A DNA stretch of 64,000 nt, taken from the NCBI GenBank assembly GCA_965277805.1, contig OZ255842.1, forward strand, positions 2,112,001-2,176,000, read 5' to 3'. Shown one piece after another: positions 37,722-46,685 of the stretch; within the stretch, counting starts at the first letter, position 1, and each line of letters begins with the position of its first letter. Source of the DNA: Candidatus Lustribacter sp. Its GTDB lineage: Bacteria; Vulcanimicrobiota; Vulcanimicrobiia; Vulcanimicrobiales; Vulcanimicrobiaceae. Below the pieces are notes generated by a model. The model had not been told where the DNA came from and searched no databases. It saw only the letters and a program-made list of their open reading frames with translations. The position numbers and the translations under genes were made by a program.

Positions 37722-38885
37722 TTAATGTACGCCAAAAACGATGTTGATCGTCGACCCTTGCAGCTTGCCGATTTGGAGCGGGTTGGGAACGTTTTTCTGC
37801 CCGGAATGATCGTCAGCCGTATAGTGATAAGCGGAGTTCGTGCCGTCGATCGACACCTTCTCCAGTGCCGCGCGCAACGCGTCGCCGCCGGTCGCGCCCG
37901 AAGCTTTGACGGCTTGCGCGAGGATCGTGACCGCATCCCAGCCGTACGCGGCGCCTAGCAAGTTCCCCGGGTCCAGCCCGGCAGCTTTGTACGAAACCAG
38001 AAAACCTGCGATTTTTGCCTTGATGCGCGGATTGGGAACGTTCGGGTACGCCTGCGGTGCCGTCGCGCTAAAGTAGACGTTCGGATAGGCCATCGTGGAC
38101 TGTTGCATGATCCCAAGGTCATCGCCGGTCATTACGATCGGCACCTTGAGACCGACGGTCGTTGCGGCCTTCGTTTCAACGATGTGGGTCGATCCCGTAA
38201 CGACATCGATGATCGCGTCGGGGTTCGAGTCTTTGACCTTCGACATCAAGGGCGTCAGATCGGTGGTCGATCCCTCAACGCCCGAAGACGAAAGCACGTT
38301 CAAACCCAGCTGTTGGGCCCCCGCCGCCATTTGCTGCGCGCCGAGTTGTCCGAAAGGGGTCTGCGAGTAGATGATCGCGATCGTTTTCGCGTGGAGACGA
38401 TCCTTGACAAACGCGAGCTGAATATCGACGTGCTTGTTGTGGGGGGTATTTGCGAAGAATGCCCACGTCGGATTCGGCGGAAGGTCCGAATAGACGAGCA
38501 TTGGCACTTTCGCACGCTCGACGATGGGCTCAGCCGCTCCATTCTGGGCCGAAGATAGGCCGTTGATCAGAACGCTAACGTTGAATTGATTGAGCAGCTG
38601 GTTGATCGCCGTGACCCCGGTCGTCGCGTTCGAGGCATTGTCAAGAATGTGAAGATGCACTTCGTGCCCGTCGATGCCGCCGGCCTCGTTCGCCACCTTG
38701 ACCGCCAACTTCACGCCGTCGATAAATGCCGCGTCGTTCGAGGCAAGGAACCCCGTCAGGGAAACCGCCATGCCCACCTCGATCGGCGGCTTATTCGCCG
38801 CACGACCTGAGAGGGGCATCGCAAGGAGCGACACCGCCGCGATCAGCGCAAAGGTCCGTGCAAAGAGTTTGGCTCGTAGAGTCAT
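37722..38885 (-). CDS. LivJ/K-type substrate-binding protein
   Basis: Signal peptide; PIEVG..SLTG, N..GGIDG; start re-called at 38885. Confidence 0.88.
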   Translation of the reverse strand: MTLRAKLFARTFALIAAVSLLAMPLSGRAANKPPIEVGMAVSLTGFLASNDAAFIDGVKLAVKVANEAGGIDGHEVHLHILDNASNATTGVTAINQLLNQFNVSVLINGLSSAQNGAAEPIVERAKVPMLVYSDLPPNPTWAFFANTPHNKHVDIQLAFVKDRLHAKTIAIIYSQTPFGQLGAQQMAAGAQQLGLNVLSSSGVEGSTTDLTPLMSKVKDSNPDAIIDVVTGSTHIVETKAATTVGLKVPIVMTGDDLGIMQQSTMAYPNVYFSATAPQAYPNVPNPRIKAKIAGFLVSYKAAGLDPGNLLGAAYGWDAVTILAQAVKASGATGGDALRAALEKVSIDGTNSAYHYTADDHSGQKNVPNPLQIGKLQGSTINIVFGVH

Positions 38886-38932
38886 CTTGTCGTCTCCTTC
38901 ATAACGCCTCAACGGCGTCGCGTGGTGGTCAG

Positions 38933-39631
38933 TCATGCTTCGTCCGAATCCGTGACCAGCCGCGAGAGGTAGGCCCATGTACGGGGTCCCTCGCGCATGA
39001 TGTTCGCGATTTTGTGGCCTTCCATGGCGTTGATGTACGTGGGCGTTCCGCCGAGAAGCATCGTTTGCGCGAGGATACGCGCGTTGAGCACGGCGTAGAC
39101 GGCGCGAAATACCGCTTCACGAACGGACGCCCCCACAATCGTCGCTCCGTGTCCACGCATTAGGACAACCGGGCGGTCACCGAGACTCTGCGCCAAGGCT
39201 GCACCCTGCTCATTGCTGTGAATGAGCATTTCCGTCTCCGGACCGAACTGATCGCGAATTTCGAAAACCGGCAGCGGATTCTCGCCTTGGAATCCTGCCA
39301 TATGGTAAATCGGGCGAAGCGGTATCCCCGCAGCGCCAAACGGAATCAGCTCCGGCGTATGACAGTGCACGACCGCCTTGACGTCGCTACGTGCGCGGTA
39401 GATCTGGCCGTGAATGTAGCGTTCGCCGTAGGTCCGTTCCGCATGTCCGGCGGGCTCGCTCTCGAGCGTCCATCGGAAGATGTTTTTTTCGCGAACGTTT
39501 CCGGGTGGGGACGCATCGGCGATATCGTAGAAGTTCGGATCGTCCTCGCAGCGCGCGCTGACGTGCCCGTAACCATCGAGGATGCCTTGATGGGCAAGAA
39601 TCCGGTTGGCCATGACGAGGTCGTCGATCAT
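38933..39631 (-). CDS. Class II aldolase/adducin-fold protein (decarboxylase-like)
   Basis: DGYGHVSAR, ERYIH..IY.AR.DV.AVVHCH, LMRGHG. Confidence 0.88.
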   Translation of the reverse strand: MIDDLVMANRILAHQGILDGYGHVSARCEDDPNFYDIADASPPGNVREKNIFRWTLESEPAGHAERTYGERYIHGQIYRARSDVKAVVHCHTPELIPFGAAGIPLRPIYHMAGFQGENPLPVFEIRDQFGPETEMLIHSNEQGAALAQSLGDRPVVLMRGHGATIVGASVREAVFRAVYAVLNARILAQTMLLGGTPTYINAMEGHKIANIMREGPRTWAYLSRLVTDSDEA

Positions 39632-40365
39632 CCGACCTTGACCCCGGCCAACAGTTCGCGCCGTAAGAACTCAAGCAATTCCGTCCAAGCCGCGTTGGCC
39701 GCGTCTTCGACGTAGTGGCTCGGGCTCGTGTAATCTTGGAACGCATGACCGGCGTCGTCGTAGGTGTGGAACTCATAGCGAATCCCGTTACGCTTTAGCT
39801 CCACCTCGAGGCGCGCAACGGCCTCGGGCGACGGGTTCGTATCACGTCCCCCGAAGAACCCGGCAATCGGGCAATGAATGTGCGCGGTCAATTCGATCGG
39901 GGGCGGCATCGCAGCATCGCGCGACTCGAAAAGATTGCCATGGTAGAGCAGAACGGCGGCCTGGTAGATCGGATTCGTACCTAAGCCAAGATAGCCGGTA
40001 CGTCCCCCAAGACAGTGGCCGACCATGCCGATGCGGTCGCGGCGTACACGCGGATCCTCAACGAGATTGTCGATTGCCACGTTCATGTCGGCGACTAACT
40101 CGCTGTCGACGAGGTGCTTCATCGACGCGACGGGGTCTTCACCGATGGGCCGGCGGTGATAGTTGTTCGGCGCGGCAGCAACGAGGCCGATCGCAGCAAG
40201 GCGTTCGAGCACGTAGCGCGTGAAGGTATCGAGTCCGCCGCGATGATGAAGGACGAGAACGGCCGGATGCGGCCCTGGTCCCGGCGGATACGCCGTCAGA
40301 ACCGTCATGGGGCTGCCGCCGACGTCGAGGATTTGCTCCGAAAATTCTACAGGCTCCGCTTGCAC
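39628..40365 (-). CDS. Dienelactone hydrolase family
   Basis: GHCLGG nucleophile, GGRD, AGHAF. Confidence 0.9.
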   Translation of the reverse strand: MQAEPVEFSEQILDVGGSPMTVLTAYPPGPGPHPAVLVLHHRGGLDTFTRYVLERLAAIGLVAAAPNNYHRRPIGEDPVASMKHLVDSELVADMNVAIDNLVEDPRVRRDRIGMVGHCLGGRTGYLGLGTNPIYQAAVLLYHGNLFESRDAAMPPPIELTAHIHCPIAGFFGGRDTNPSPEAVARLEVELKRNGIRYEFHTYDDAGHAFQDYTSPSHYVEDAANAAWTELLEFLRRELLAGVKVG

Positions 40366-40370
40366 GATAG

Positions 40371-40459
40371 TTGATCTGTTAATCTACTGGCGCCACACCT
40401 TCCTGCCTGTCGGGCGCTGGAAGGGCGCTGCTCCGGGGAAGGTCTACTTGATATATCAA
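40371..40459. promoter_or_regulatory. Divergent promoter with probable MarR-type operators
   Basis: Perfect palindrome TTGATATATCAA (40448-40459) and related TTGATCTGTTAA (40371-40382). Confidence 0.6.
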
Positions 40460-40472
40460 TGAATCAACGGGC

Positions 40473-41330
40473 ATGCGGCTTTTCACCTATGACGACGGCG
40501 GTGAGCCCCGCGTCGGCGTCGCTGTCGACAATGAGCGGTTCGTGGCGCTCCACGAATGCGCGGCGGATTTGCCGCGCAACCTACGCCGACTGATCGCGCT
40601 TCCCGATGGCATCGATCGCGCTCGGCAGGCCGTCTCGGGCCGGCCGGGCGACCGGATGCTGAGCGCGGTTCGCTTTCTGCCCGTCATCACCGATCCGAAC
40701 GCCGTATGGTGTCTCGCGCTCAATTTCAAGACGCACCTGCGCGAAACCGGGCTCAGCACATCGACTGAGTTTCCGCATGTCTTTCTGCGTATGATGGCGT
40801 CGCTCGTCGGTCATGGCGAACCGTTGCATTGCCCGCCGGCGAACGTCGCGGTGGAATACGACTACGAAGGTGAGCTGGGCGTCGTGATCGGCCGCGGCGG
40901 CCGGAACATCGCGCTGGGCGATGCCCTCGACCACGTCGCCGGCTACACATGCATCAACGAAGGGTCGGTGCGCGACTACCAGCGCCATAACCGAAACTTC
41001 GGTCTGGGCAAAAACTTTGAAGCGTCGGGCAGCGTCGGCCCCTGGCTCGTCACCGCGGATTCGTTCGGTCATCCCTCGCAACAGCGCTTGATTACGCGTG
41101 TAAACGGGATTGAGCGTCAGAACGAAGCGCTAAGCGACATGCTGTTCGGCGTTGAACCCGTCATCCATTACCTCTCGCAGGGCTATGACTTACGACCGGG
41201 CGATGTCATCGCGATGGGGACGCCGGGCGCCCTCCCGAGCGGCCTCGTTCACATGCAGCCCGGCGACATCGTCGAAGTTGAGGTGACGACTCTTGGAATT
41301 TTGCGCAATCCTGTGATCGCTGGAGTTTAA
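40473..41330 (+). CDS. Fumarylacetoacetate hydrolase family
   Basis: DYEGELGVVIG, NEGSVRDYQ, GKNF, GPWLVT, GDVIAMGTP. Confidence 0.92.
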   Translation: MRLFTYDDGGEPRVGVAVDNERFVALHECAADLPRNLRRLIALPDGIDRARQAVSGRPGDRMLSAVRFLPVITDPNAVWCLALNFKTHLRETGLSTSTEFPHVFLRMMASLVGHGEPLHCPPANVAVEYDYEGELGVVIGRGGRNIALGDALDHVAGYTCINEGSVRDYQRHNRNFGLGKNFEASGSVGPWLVTADSFGHPSQQRLITRVNGIERQNEALSDMLFGVEPVIHYLSQGYDLRPGDVIAMGTPGALPSGLVHMQPGDIVEVEVTTLGILRNPVIAGV

Positions 41331-42157
41331 TGATGATCGTCGATACCCACGTCCATGTCGTGTCGGATGACCTCGCGCGGTATCCCAAACGCGAGGGCGC
41401 ATTCGCTTGGCCAACCCTCACCACCGAAGACTTGCTCGCGACGATGAATGCCTGCGGTATCGACCGCGCGCTCCTCGTCCAAGCGTTCTTTACCTATGGG
41501 AACGACAACAGCTACGCGATCGATGCTGCGCGAGCCCACCCCGAACGCTTCCTGAGCGTCTGCGTGATCGATCAACTCGCCGACGACGCGCCGGACGTGC
41601 TTAGCGATTTGGTCGAAAATCACGGCGTTCGGGGGTTGCGCCTCATGGGCACGAAGCGCCCCGGTATCCTCAACAACCCGAAGACGTTTCCATTGTGGCA
41701 GCGGGCGGCGGACCTCAAGATTCCGGTCTGCGTTGCGGCGGAGTTACCAGAGATTCCCGACGCGCTTGACGTGATCGCGCGCTTTCCACAAGTGCCGGTC
41801 GCGCTCGAACACATGTGGGGCTTGGAACTGGGCGATCCGCCCTACGAAGTCGTTGCTCCGGTACTCGCTGCTGCGCAACTGCCGAACGTCAAGCTCAAGC
41901 TTGCACCGAATAACTCGTACGCTGCCCGGGTCGGTGCGGCAACGCCGCGCACGTTCTTCGGGATGCTGGCCGAACACTTCGCACCAGAGCGCATGATGTG
42001 GGGTTCGAATTATCCGGCGCACTGGGATAAGTACGGTAAGATCTCGGAACGCCTTGCGGTGATGCGCGACGACCTTGCCTTCCTCGGTGCGGACTGGAAC
42101 GAGTGGTTTTTTGGCAAGTCCGCCTTGACGTTCTGGCCGTCCCTGGCAGCGGTGTAA
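41330..42157 (+). CDS. Amidohydrolase_2 family (lactonase-like)
   Basis: DTHVH, LEHM, RMMWGSNYP. Confidence 0.88.
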   Translation: MMIVDTHVHVVSDDLARYPKREGAFAWPTLTTEDLLATMNACGIDRALLVQAFFTYGNDNSYAIDAARAHPERFLSVCVIDQLADDAPDVLSDLVENHGVRGLRLMGTKRPGILNNPKTFPLWQRAADLKIPVCVAAELPEIPDALDVIARFPQVPVALEHMWGLELGDPPYEVVAPVLAAAQLPNVKLKLAPNNSYAARVGAATPRTFFGMLAEHFAPERMMWGSNYPAHWDKYGKISERLAVMRDDLAFLGADWNEWFFGKSALTFWPSLAAV

Positions 42158-42211
42158 GTCAACTTTGAAAGGGGAGCCCTGCGTCTGCGGCGCGTACTTT
42201 AACGCCGTCCG

Positions 42212-42727
42212 ATGAGCAAAGCTTCGAGCAGCGTCGCGAGGAAACACGCACGCGTCGCACCGATCCGCAAGATTCCACCGCCGCTTCCTCTCCAAATGCT
42301 GCGGGCACGGGAAGCCGTCATGCGACGCTTTCGCCCATTCCTGCGCGACCTGGGCTTGAACGACCAGCAGGGCCGGATCATCCGCGTGTTGGCCGAGGCG
42401 GACCAACTGGAGATGCGCGAGTTATCCGCGCGTACGTGTATCCACCCCGCAAGTCTTTCACGTATTATCCCACGCCTGGTCGAACGCAGAATCGTCCAAC
42501 GCTGGAAAGATGAAGACGATGCTCGTCGCGTTGTGGTTGCCATTACTGCTGGCGGGCGTTCGCTTTTCAAAGTGCTAGCCCGCAACTCTGAACGCATCTA
42601 CGCGGAGCTTGCCTCCGAAATCGGCTCGGTCAGAATGCGCGACCTCTACCGCTGCCTCAACGTCCTTATCGAACTCGATCCCGATCTAGACGGCTCCCTG
42701 GAAGAAATGGACGAAGCCGAGGGCTAG
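42212..42727 (+). CDS. MarR-family regulator (HpaR-like)
   Basis: LP.QMLRAREAVM.RFRP.L...GL.DQQ.RIIR.L; D.RR. Confidence 0.88.
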   Translation: MSKASSSVARKHARVAPIRKIPPPLPLQMLRAREAVMRRFRPFLRDLGLNDQQGRIIRVLAEADQLEMRELSARTCIHPASLSRIIPRLVERRIVQRWKDEDDARRVVVAITAGGRSLFKVLARNSERIYAELASEIGSVRMRDLYRCLNVLIELDPDLDGSLEEMDEAEG

Positions 42728-42735
42728 TTTTCGCC

Positions 42736-42873
42736 CTACTGCAGGAAGGCGCGTATGGACGCGTAGACGACCAACGGTATCGCAATAAGCACATACAGTC
42801 GCAAGACGCGCAGAGCTACCTTGGTATGGGGTGACAATGTGGCGCGTCCAAAGGCCTTGCCGTGTGCTCTCAC
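42736..42873 (-). CDS. 45-aa single-TM protein coupled to the NRAMP gene
   Basis: GTGA overlap; LS...KVALRVLRLYVLIAIPLVVY. Confidence 0.6.
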   Translation of the reverse strand: MRAHGKAFGRATLSPHTKVALRVLRLYVLIAIPLVVYASIRAFLQ

Positions 42874-44219
42874 ACAGGGTGTCCCCAACCGACGAGCGGC
42901 GCAATCGCAACGAGCGCGTACGTTGCGCCGATCAGTGAAATGGCGACCACAATTGAGCCTCCGATGACGCTGGCGCGTCGCGAATTCCGTAACTGTCCCA
43001 TGACAACCTGATCGCCGGCCAACAGCAGTACGAAAAGGAGCGCTGGGGCCATCAGCATCATGGAGAGCACATTGACGATGATCGAGATCGCGAGCAGAGG
43101 TGCATGGGGAATGAGGACGATGGCGCCGGCCAATACGCTTGAACCGAGGCCGATGGCGTAGAAACGCCAACCTTGCGCGAAGCCGCTGTTGAAGCTCCCG
43201 CTGTAGCGCAACGCTTCGCATAGACCGTAGGCCGAACTGCCTGAGATCGTCATCGCGGCGACGAGGCCCGCCTCGATCATGCCGAGCGCAAACAACGCTG
43301 CCGGACCGCTACCGATGAAGGGGCGCAGGGCCGTCGCGAAATCCGCGCCGGAAACGAGTCCCGTCGTGCCCACGTGGTGTGTGAAGAGAACCGACGTCGT
43401 GACGACTGCTGCGATCGCAACGATCGCGGCTATCCCCGCGCCGGTCGCGGTATCGAGTCGCGCGGCCGGGAGATCTTCGTGGCTCAACCCTTTGTCGACG
43501 ACCGCGTTCTGCTGAAAAAAGAGCATCCACGGCGTGACGGTGGCACCGATGTTCGCCAGGATAAGCGTGAAAAATGGAAGTCCCAGACCTCCCGGAATCG
43601 GACCCCACCCGGCAAAGGCGCGCGTGACAGCCCGCAGGTCAGGATGCGCGAAGAGGACGACCGGAACGAAGACGACGTTGACGGCGGCTAACGCCAAGAC
43701 CGTGCGCTCCCAAGTCGCGTAGCGTCGGGCCGCCATTGCGAGCGCTACCATCGCGACCGCGCCCGGAATGGCTAACTGCGGGGCAACGCCAAAATACGCG
43801 GCGCCGGCCGCGATCGCGATAAATTCCGTCACCAATGTCAGGAAATTCCCGGCCGCCAGGTCGCCGATCGCGATCCACCCCCAGCCCGAACCGAACCGTT
43901 CGAAGATCAACTCGCCGTGTCCGCGCCCCGTGGCAATGCCAATGCGAACAACCATTTCTTGAACGATATAGGCGAGCACGAACGTGAGGATGATAAACGG
44001 CAAGAAGAAACCAACGCCGTACGACGCACCGGTCGCCGCATAGGATAGCATGCTTGGCCCGTCGTTCTCTCCCAGCATGACGAGGATGCCGGGGCCGGCC
44101 AGTGCAGCGAACAGCGGTACCATCCGGCTCGTCGCGCGCAGCGCGCTGATCCGCGCGCGATCATGCGCGCGCAAACGGTCTTCGCGCGCCCCGGGCCACG
44201 CGAGTACCTGTTGGGTCAT
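42870..44219 (-). CDS. NRAMP-related divalent cation transporter (NRMT-like clade)
   Basis: GPGILVMLGENDGP, QEM.VRIG..TG.G..ELI, IGATVTPWMLFFQQ. Confidence 0.85.
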   Translation of the reverse strand: MTQQVLAWPGAREDRLRAHDRARISALRATSRMVPLFAALAGPGILVMLGENDGPSMLSYAATGASYGVGFFLPFIILTFVLAYIVQEMVVRIGIATGRGHGELIFERFGSGWGWIAIGDLAAGNFLTLVTEFIAIAAGAAYFGVAPQLAIPGAVAMVALAMAARRYATWERTVLALAAVNVVFVPVVLFAHPDLRAVTRAFAGWGPIPGGLGLPFFTLILANIGATVTPWMLFFQQNAVVDKGLSHEDLPAARLDTATGAGIAAIVAIAAVVTTSVLFTHHVGTTGLVSGADFATALRPFIGSGPAALFALGMIEAGLVAAMTISGSSAYGLCEALRYSGSFNSGFAQGWRFYAIGLGSSVLAGAIVLIPHAPLLAISIIVNVLSMMLMAPALLFVLLLAGDQVVMGQLRNSRRASVIGGSIVVAISLIGATYALVAIAPLVGWGHPV

Positions 44220-45451
44220 GGGGTAGCGAGCCCGGGAATCTGAGCGAGCTTCTTCGCCGGACGCTCGAGGTTAAACACCTTTGCTGCCGTCTCACCGAGA
44301 ATGTTCCGCTTACCGGTCTCGCTTAAGAAGGGCAAATCGTAGATCGTGCTCGGCAGATCGAAATCCCAGTGCGGGTAATCCGACGAATACATGAGCTGAT
44401 TCTCTGCGTCGATCATCCGGAAGGTATTCTGCAACGCTTCCATGTCTTGGATCTCCATGGGTTGCGTCGAGTAATACATCTTGCGCATGTAGTCGCTGGG
44501 CTTCATCTTCAGCTCGGGGCATTCGTTCGTGCGCATCATGTACTCGTGGTCGAGGCGCTGCATTAGCCACGGCACCCAAGCGAGCCCCGACTCCATCCAG
44601 ATGACTTTGAGCTTCGGGAAACGCTCCGGCAAACCGTTGACGATCCAGTTCGTCATGTGCATGACGTTGTACCAGACGAAACCCAACGCGTGCACGGAGA
44701 TGAAGCGGTTCGCCGTTTTATAGGAATTGTCGAACCAGTTGAAGTTGCCGTGAAAGGCGATCGGCAAGCCACGTTCTTCGAGCATGGCATAGGATTTCAT
44801 CAACGCGTTGTCGTGCACGGCGGTATTGTGCGTGGCCGTTACGAGGAACCCGGATACGCCCTTGGCGTCCCCGAAGTCGTTGATCATCTTGTAACACGCC
44901 TCGGGATCGTAGAGCGGCAAGTACAAGAGCGTTCGCAAGCGCGGTTCCTGAGGAATAACGGTTTCCAGCAGCCACTTGTTATATGCCCGCGCCATATGCG
45001 TTTGCACCTCGACCACCGGATGCAAATTGAGATTCAACATTTGCGTCGGAAAGAGCATCGCAATATCGATGCCCATCGAGTCCATCCAACGCCGGCTCAG
45101 CTCCGAGTGCCGCTCGAGGTCGCCGGTCTTTTCGTGGGGACGGAGCGGATAGCGCGTGACACGTCCGGCCTGATCTTGATTTCCAAGCGTTGCCGGCGAG
45201 AGCCATCCTGAGCGTCCACCCATCGGTCCGGTCGACGCCATGCCGAGATGCTTGAGTACGGGGTCATCGAGGAACGAGGCAATAGCAGCCATCGCCTCGT
45301 TCTCGTAGTGGTGAGAGTCAACGTCCACGATGAAGAGGTCTTGGTAGTTGCGGTCGCGGGCCTGCTTCGCCGCGTGTTTGAGCAGCGTGCGGGTGTCGAA
45401 CTCGGCGACCTGTTGACCGATGAAATCGCTGGTCGGTAAAACGATGCTCAT
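44216..45451 (-). CDS. Amidohydrolase-fold protein, probable dinuclear oxygenase (AibH/PtmU3-like)
   Basis: DVDSHHYE, FPT, RFPKLKV.WMESG, TQP.E, SSDYPHWD; co-transcribed with a Rieske ferredoxin. Confidence 0.8.
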   Translation of the reverse strand: MSIVLPTSDFIGQQVAEFDTRTLLKHAAKQARDRNYQDLFIVDVDSHHYENEAMAAIASFLDDPVLKHLGMASTGPMGGRSGWLSPATLGNQDQAGRVTRYPLRPHEKTGDLERHSELSRRWMDSMGIDIAMLFPTQMLNLNLHPVVEVQTHMARAYNKWLLETVIPQEPRLRTLLYLPLYDPEACYKMINDFGDAKGVSGFLVTATHNTAVHDNALMKSYAMLEERGLPIAFHGNFNWFDNSYKTANRFISVHALGFVWYNVMHMTNWIVNGLPERFPKLKVIWMESGLAWVPWLMQRLDHEYMMRTNECPELKMKPSDYMRKMYYSTQPMEIQDMEALQNTFRMIDAENQLMYSSDYPHWDFDLPSTIYDLPFLSETGKRNILGETAAKVFNLERPAKKLAQIPGLATP

Positions 45452-45720
45452 CGCGGCACTCCCGGATTCGCCCACGACTGCCAGAGTCCGAGTTCGAAAA
45501 GCTGCACGTTGACCGCACGCAGCAAGGCGGACGTTGCGACCATGCCTTCGGTGGCGGTCAGCGCGCCGGGTGTCGTCGCCGCGAATGGGCCGTTCGCTTC
45601 GACGCGCGCACAATATAGCCGAACCGCGGCCGTGAGGAGCTCCTGAATCGTCGCGTCGTCCAGCGGGGCGCCCTCAGCGCTGGCGATCAAATCTCGAACT
45701 GAGTTACGCGATAACAACAT
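45448..45720 (-). CDS. Small (~90 aa) helical accessory protein
   Basis: LLTAAVRLY...LTATEGMVATSALLRAVNVQLFELGLWQSW; overlaps both neighbours. Confidence 0.7.
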   Translation of the reverse strand: MLLSRNSVRDLIASAEGAPLDDATIQELLTAAVRLYCARVEANGPFAATTPGALTATEGMVATSALLRAVNVQLFELGLWQSWANPGVPR

Positions 45721-46072
45721 AAACATCGTCCCCTTTCGTGATGACCTCAAATTTTTTGAGTCGCTTACGGCGGTCGCCGACGAACTCGCCGGTCTTGATA
45801 TCGTACTCGTATCCATGCCACGGGCAGACGAAATGAATATCGTCCTTGGAAAAGCGCTGCCCAAGATAGGTCTTATCGGGAGCGATAATATCCTCGACTT
45901 GTGCCATCGTGAGGCCTTCGCATGCCGGTCCACCCTGATGAACGCACAGATTTTGATACGCATAGAACTGCCCGGCGCTCTGCAAGACACCGATTTCGAG
46001 TTCGCCGGCCTGCACGATTTTTCGGCCGTCATATTTGAAATCAGCGCGCGTGCCGACATAGATTTCTGCCAT
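45704..46072 (-). CDS. Rieske [2Fe-2S] ferredoxin
   Basis: CVHQGG...CPWHG; SD GAGG. Confidence 0.92.
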   Translation of the reverse strand: MAEIYVGTRADFKYDGRKIVQAGELEIGVLQSAGQFYAYQNLCVHQGGPACEGLTMAQVEDIIAPDKTYLGQRFSKDDIHFVCPWHGYEYDIKTGEFVGDRRKRLKKFEVITKGDDVYVVIA

Positions 46073-46153
46073 GCTTCCTCCCACGGGTCCGGCCCGATTC
46101 ATTAAGACATATATGATTTGACTTTTAATAGTTGATGTGTGTATTATTTACTT

Positions 46154-46621
46154 ATGACATCCTCGCTTGTCAAGCGGGAACGCAAATCTTCGGCGCTATC
46201 ATCCGGGCCAGGTTATTGGATTCGTTTGGGCTACCGGGCAATCGTGCGCTCGTTGTCCGAAGAATTGCGCGCTCATGGCATCGCATTCAATCACTATCTG
46301 TTCTTGCGCGCGCTGTTCGAAGAAGACGGCATCACTCAACGTGAACTCGCCGATCGTCTTGGAGCTGAGCCGGCAACCGTTACGGTCGTCCTCGATGCGA
46401 TGGAGGGCCTCGGCATCGTCGAACGGCGCGATCACGACAATGACCGCCGGAAAACGAACGTATTCCTCACCAGAAAGAGTGAGCGACTCAGAGCCCCAAT
46501 CCTCGATGCAATTGCAGCCAGCAATCGCGTCGTTCTTCGCGGCATCACTCCCAGCGAATTCGCGACGTTTCAAAAGACGTTAGCGAAAATGATCGATAAC
46601 GTGAACGATCTGCGCCCGTAA
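46154..46621 (+). CDS. MarR-family regulator
   Basis: EDGITQRELA..LG.EPATVT.VLD.ME..G.V.R....DRR; TATTAT 6 nt before ATG. Confidence 0.92.
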   Translation: MTSSLVKRERKSSALSSGPGYWIRLGYRAIVRSLSEELRAHGIAFNHYLFLRALFEEDGITQRELADRLGAEPATVTVVLDAMEGLGIVERRDHDNDRRKTNVFLTRKSERLRAPILDAIAASNRVVLRGITPSEFATFQKTLAKMIDNVNDLRP

Positions 46622-46685
46622 GGCAGCAAATCCCGCCCGCTAAACGATCAGGAGGGGCGACGAACGCGACAGGGGGCGGTAAACG

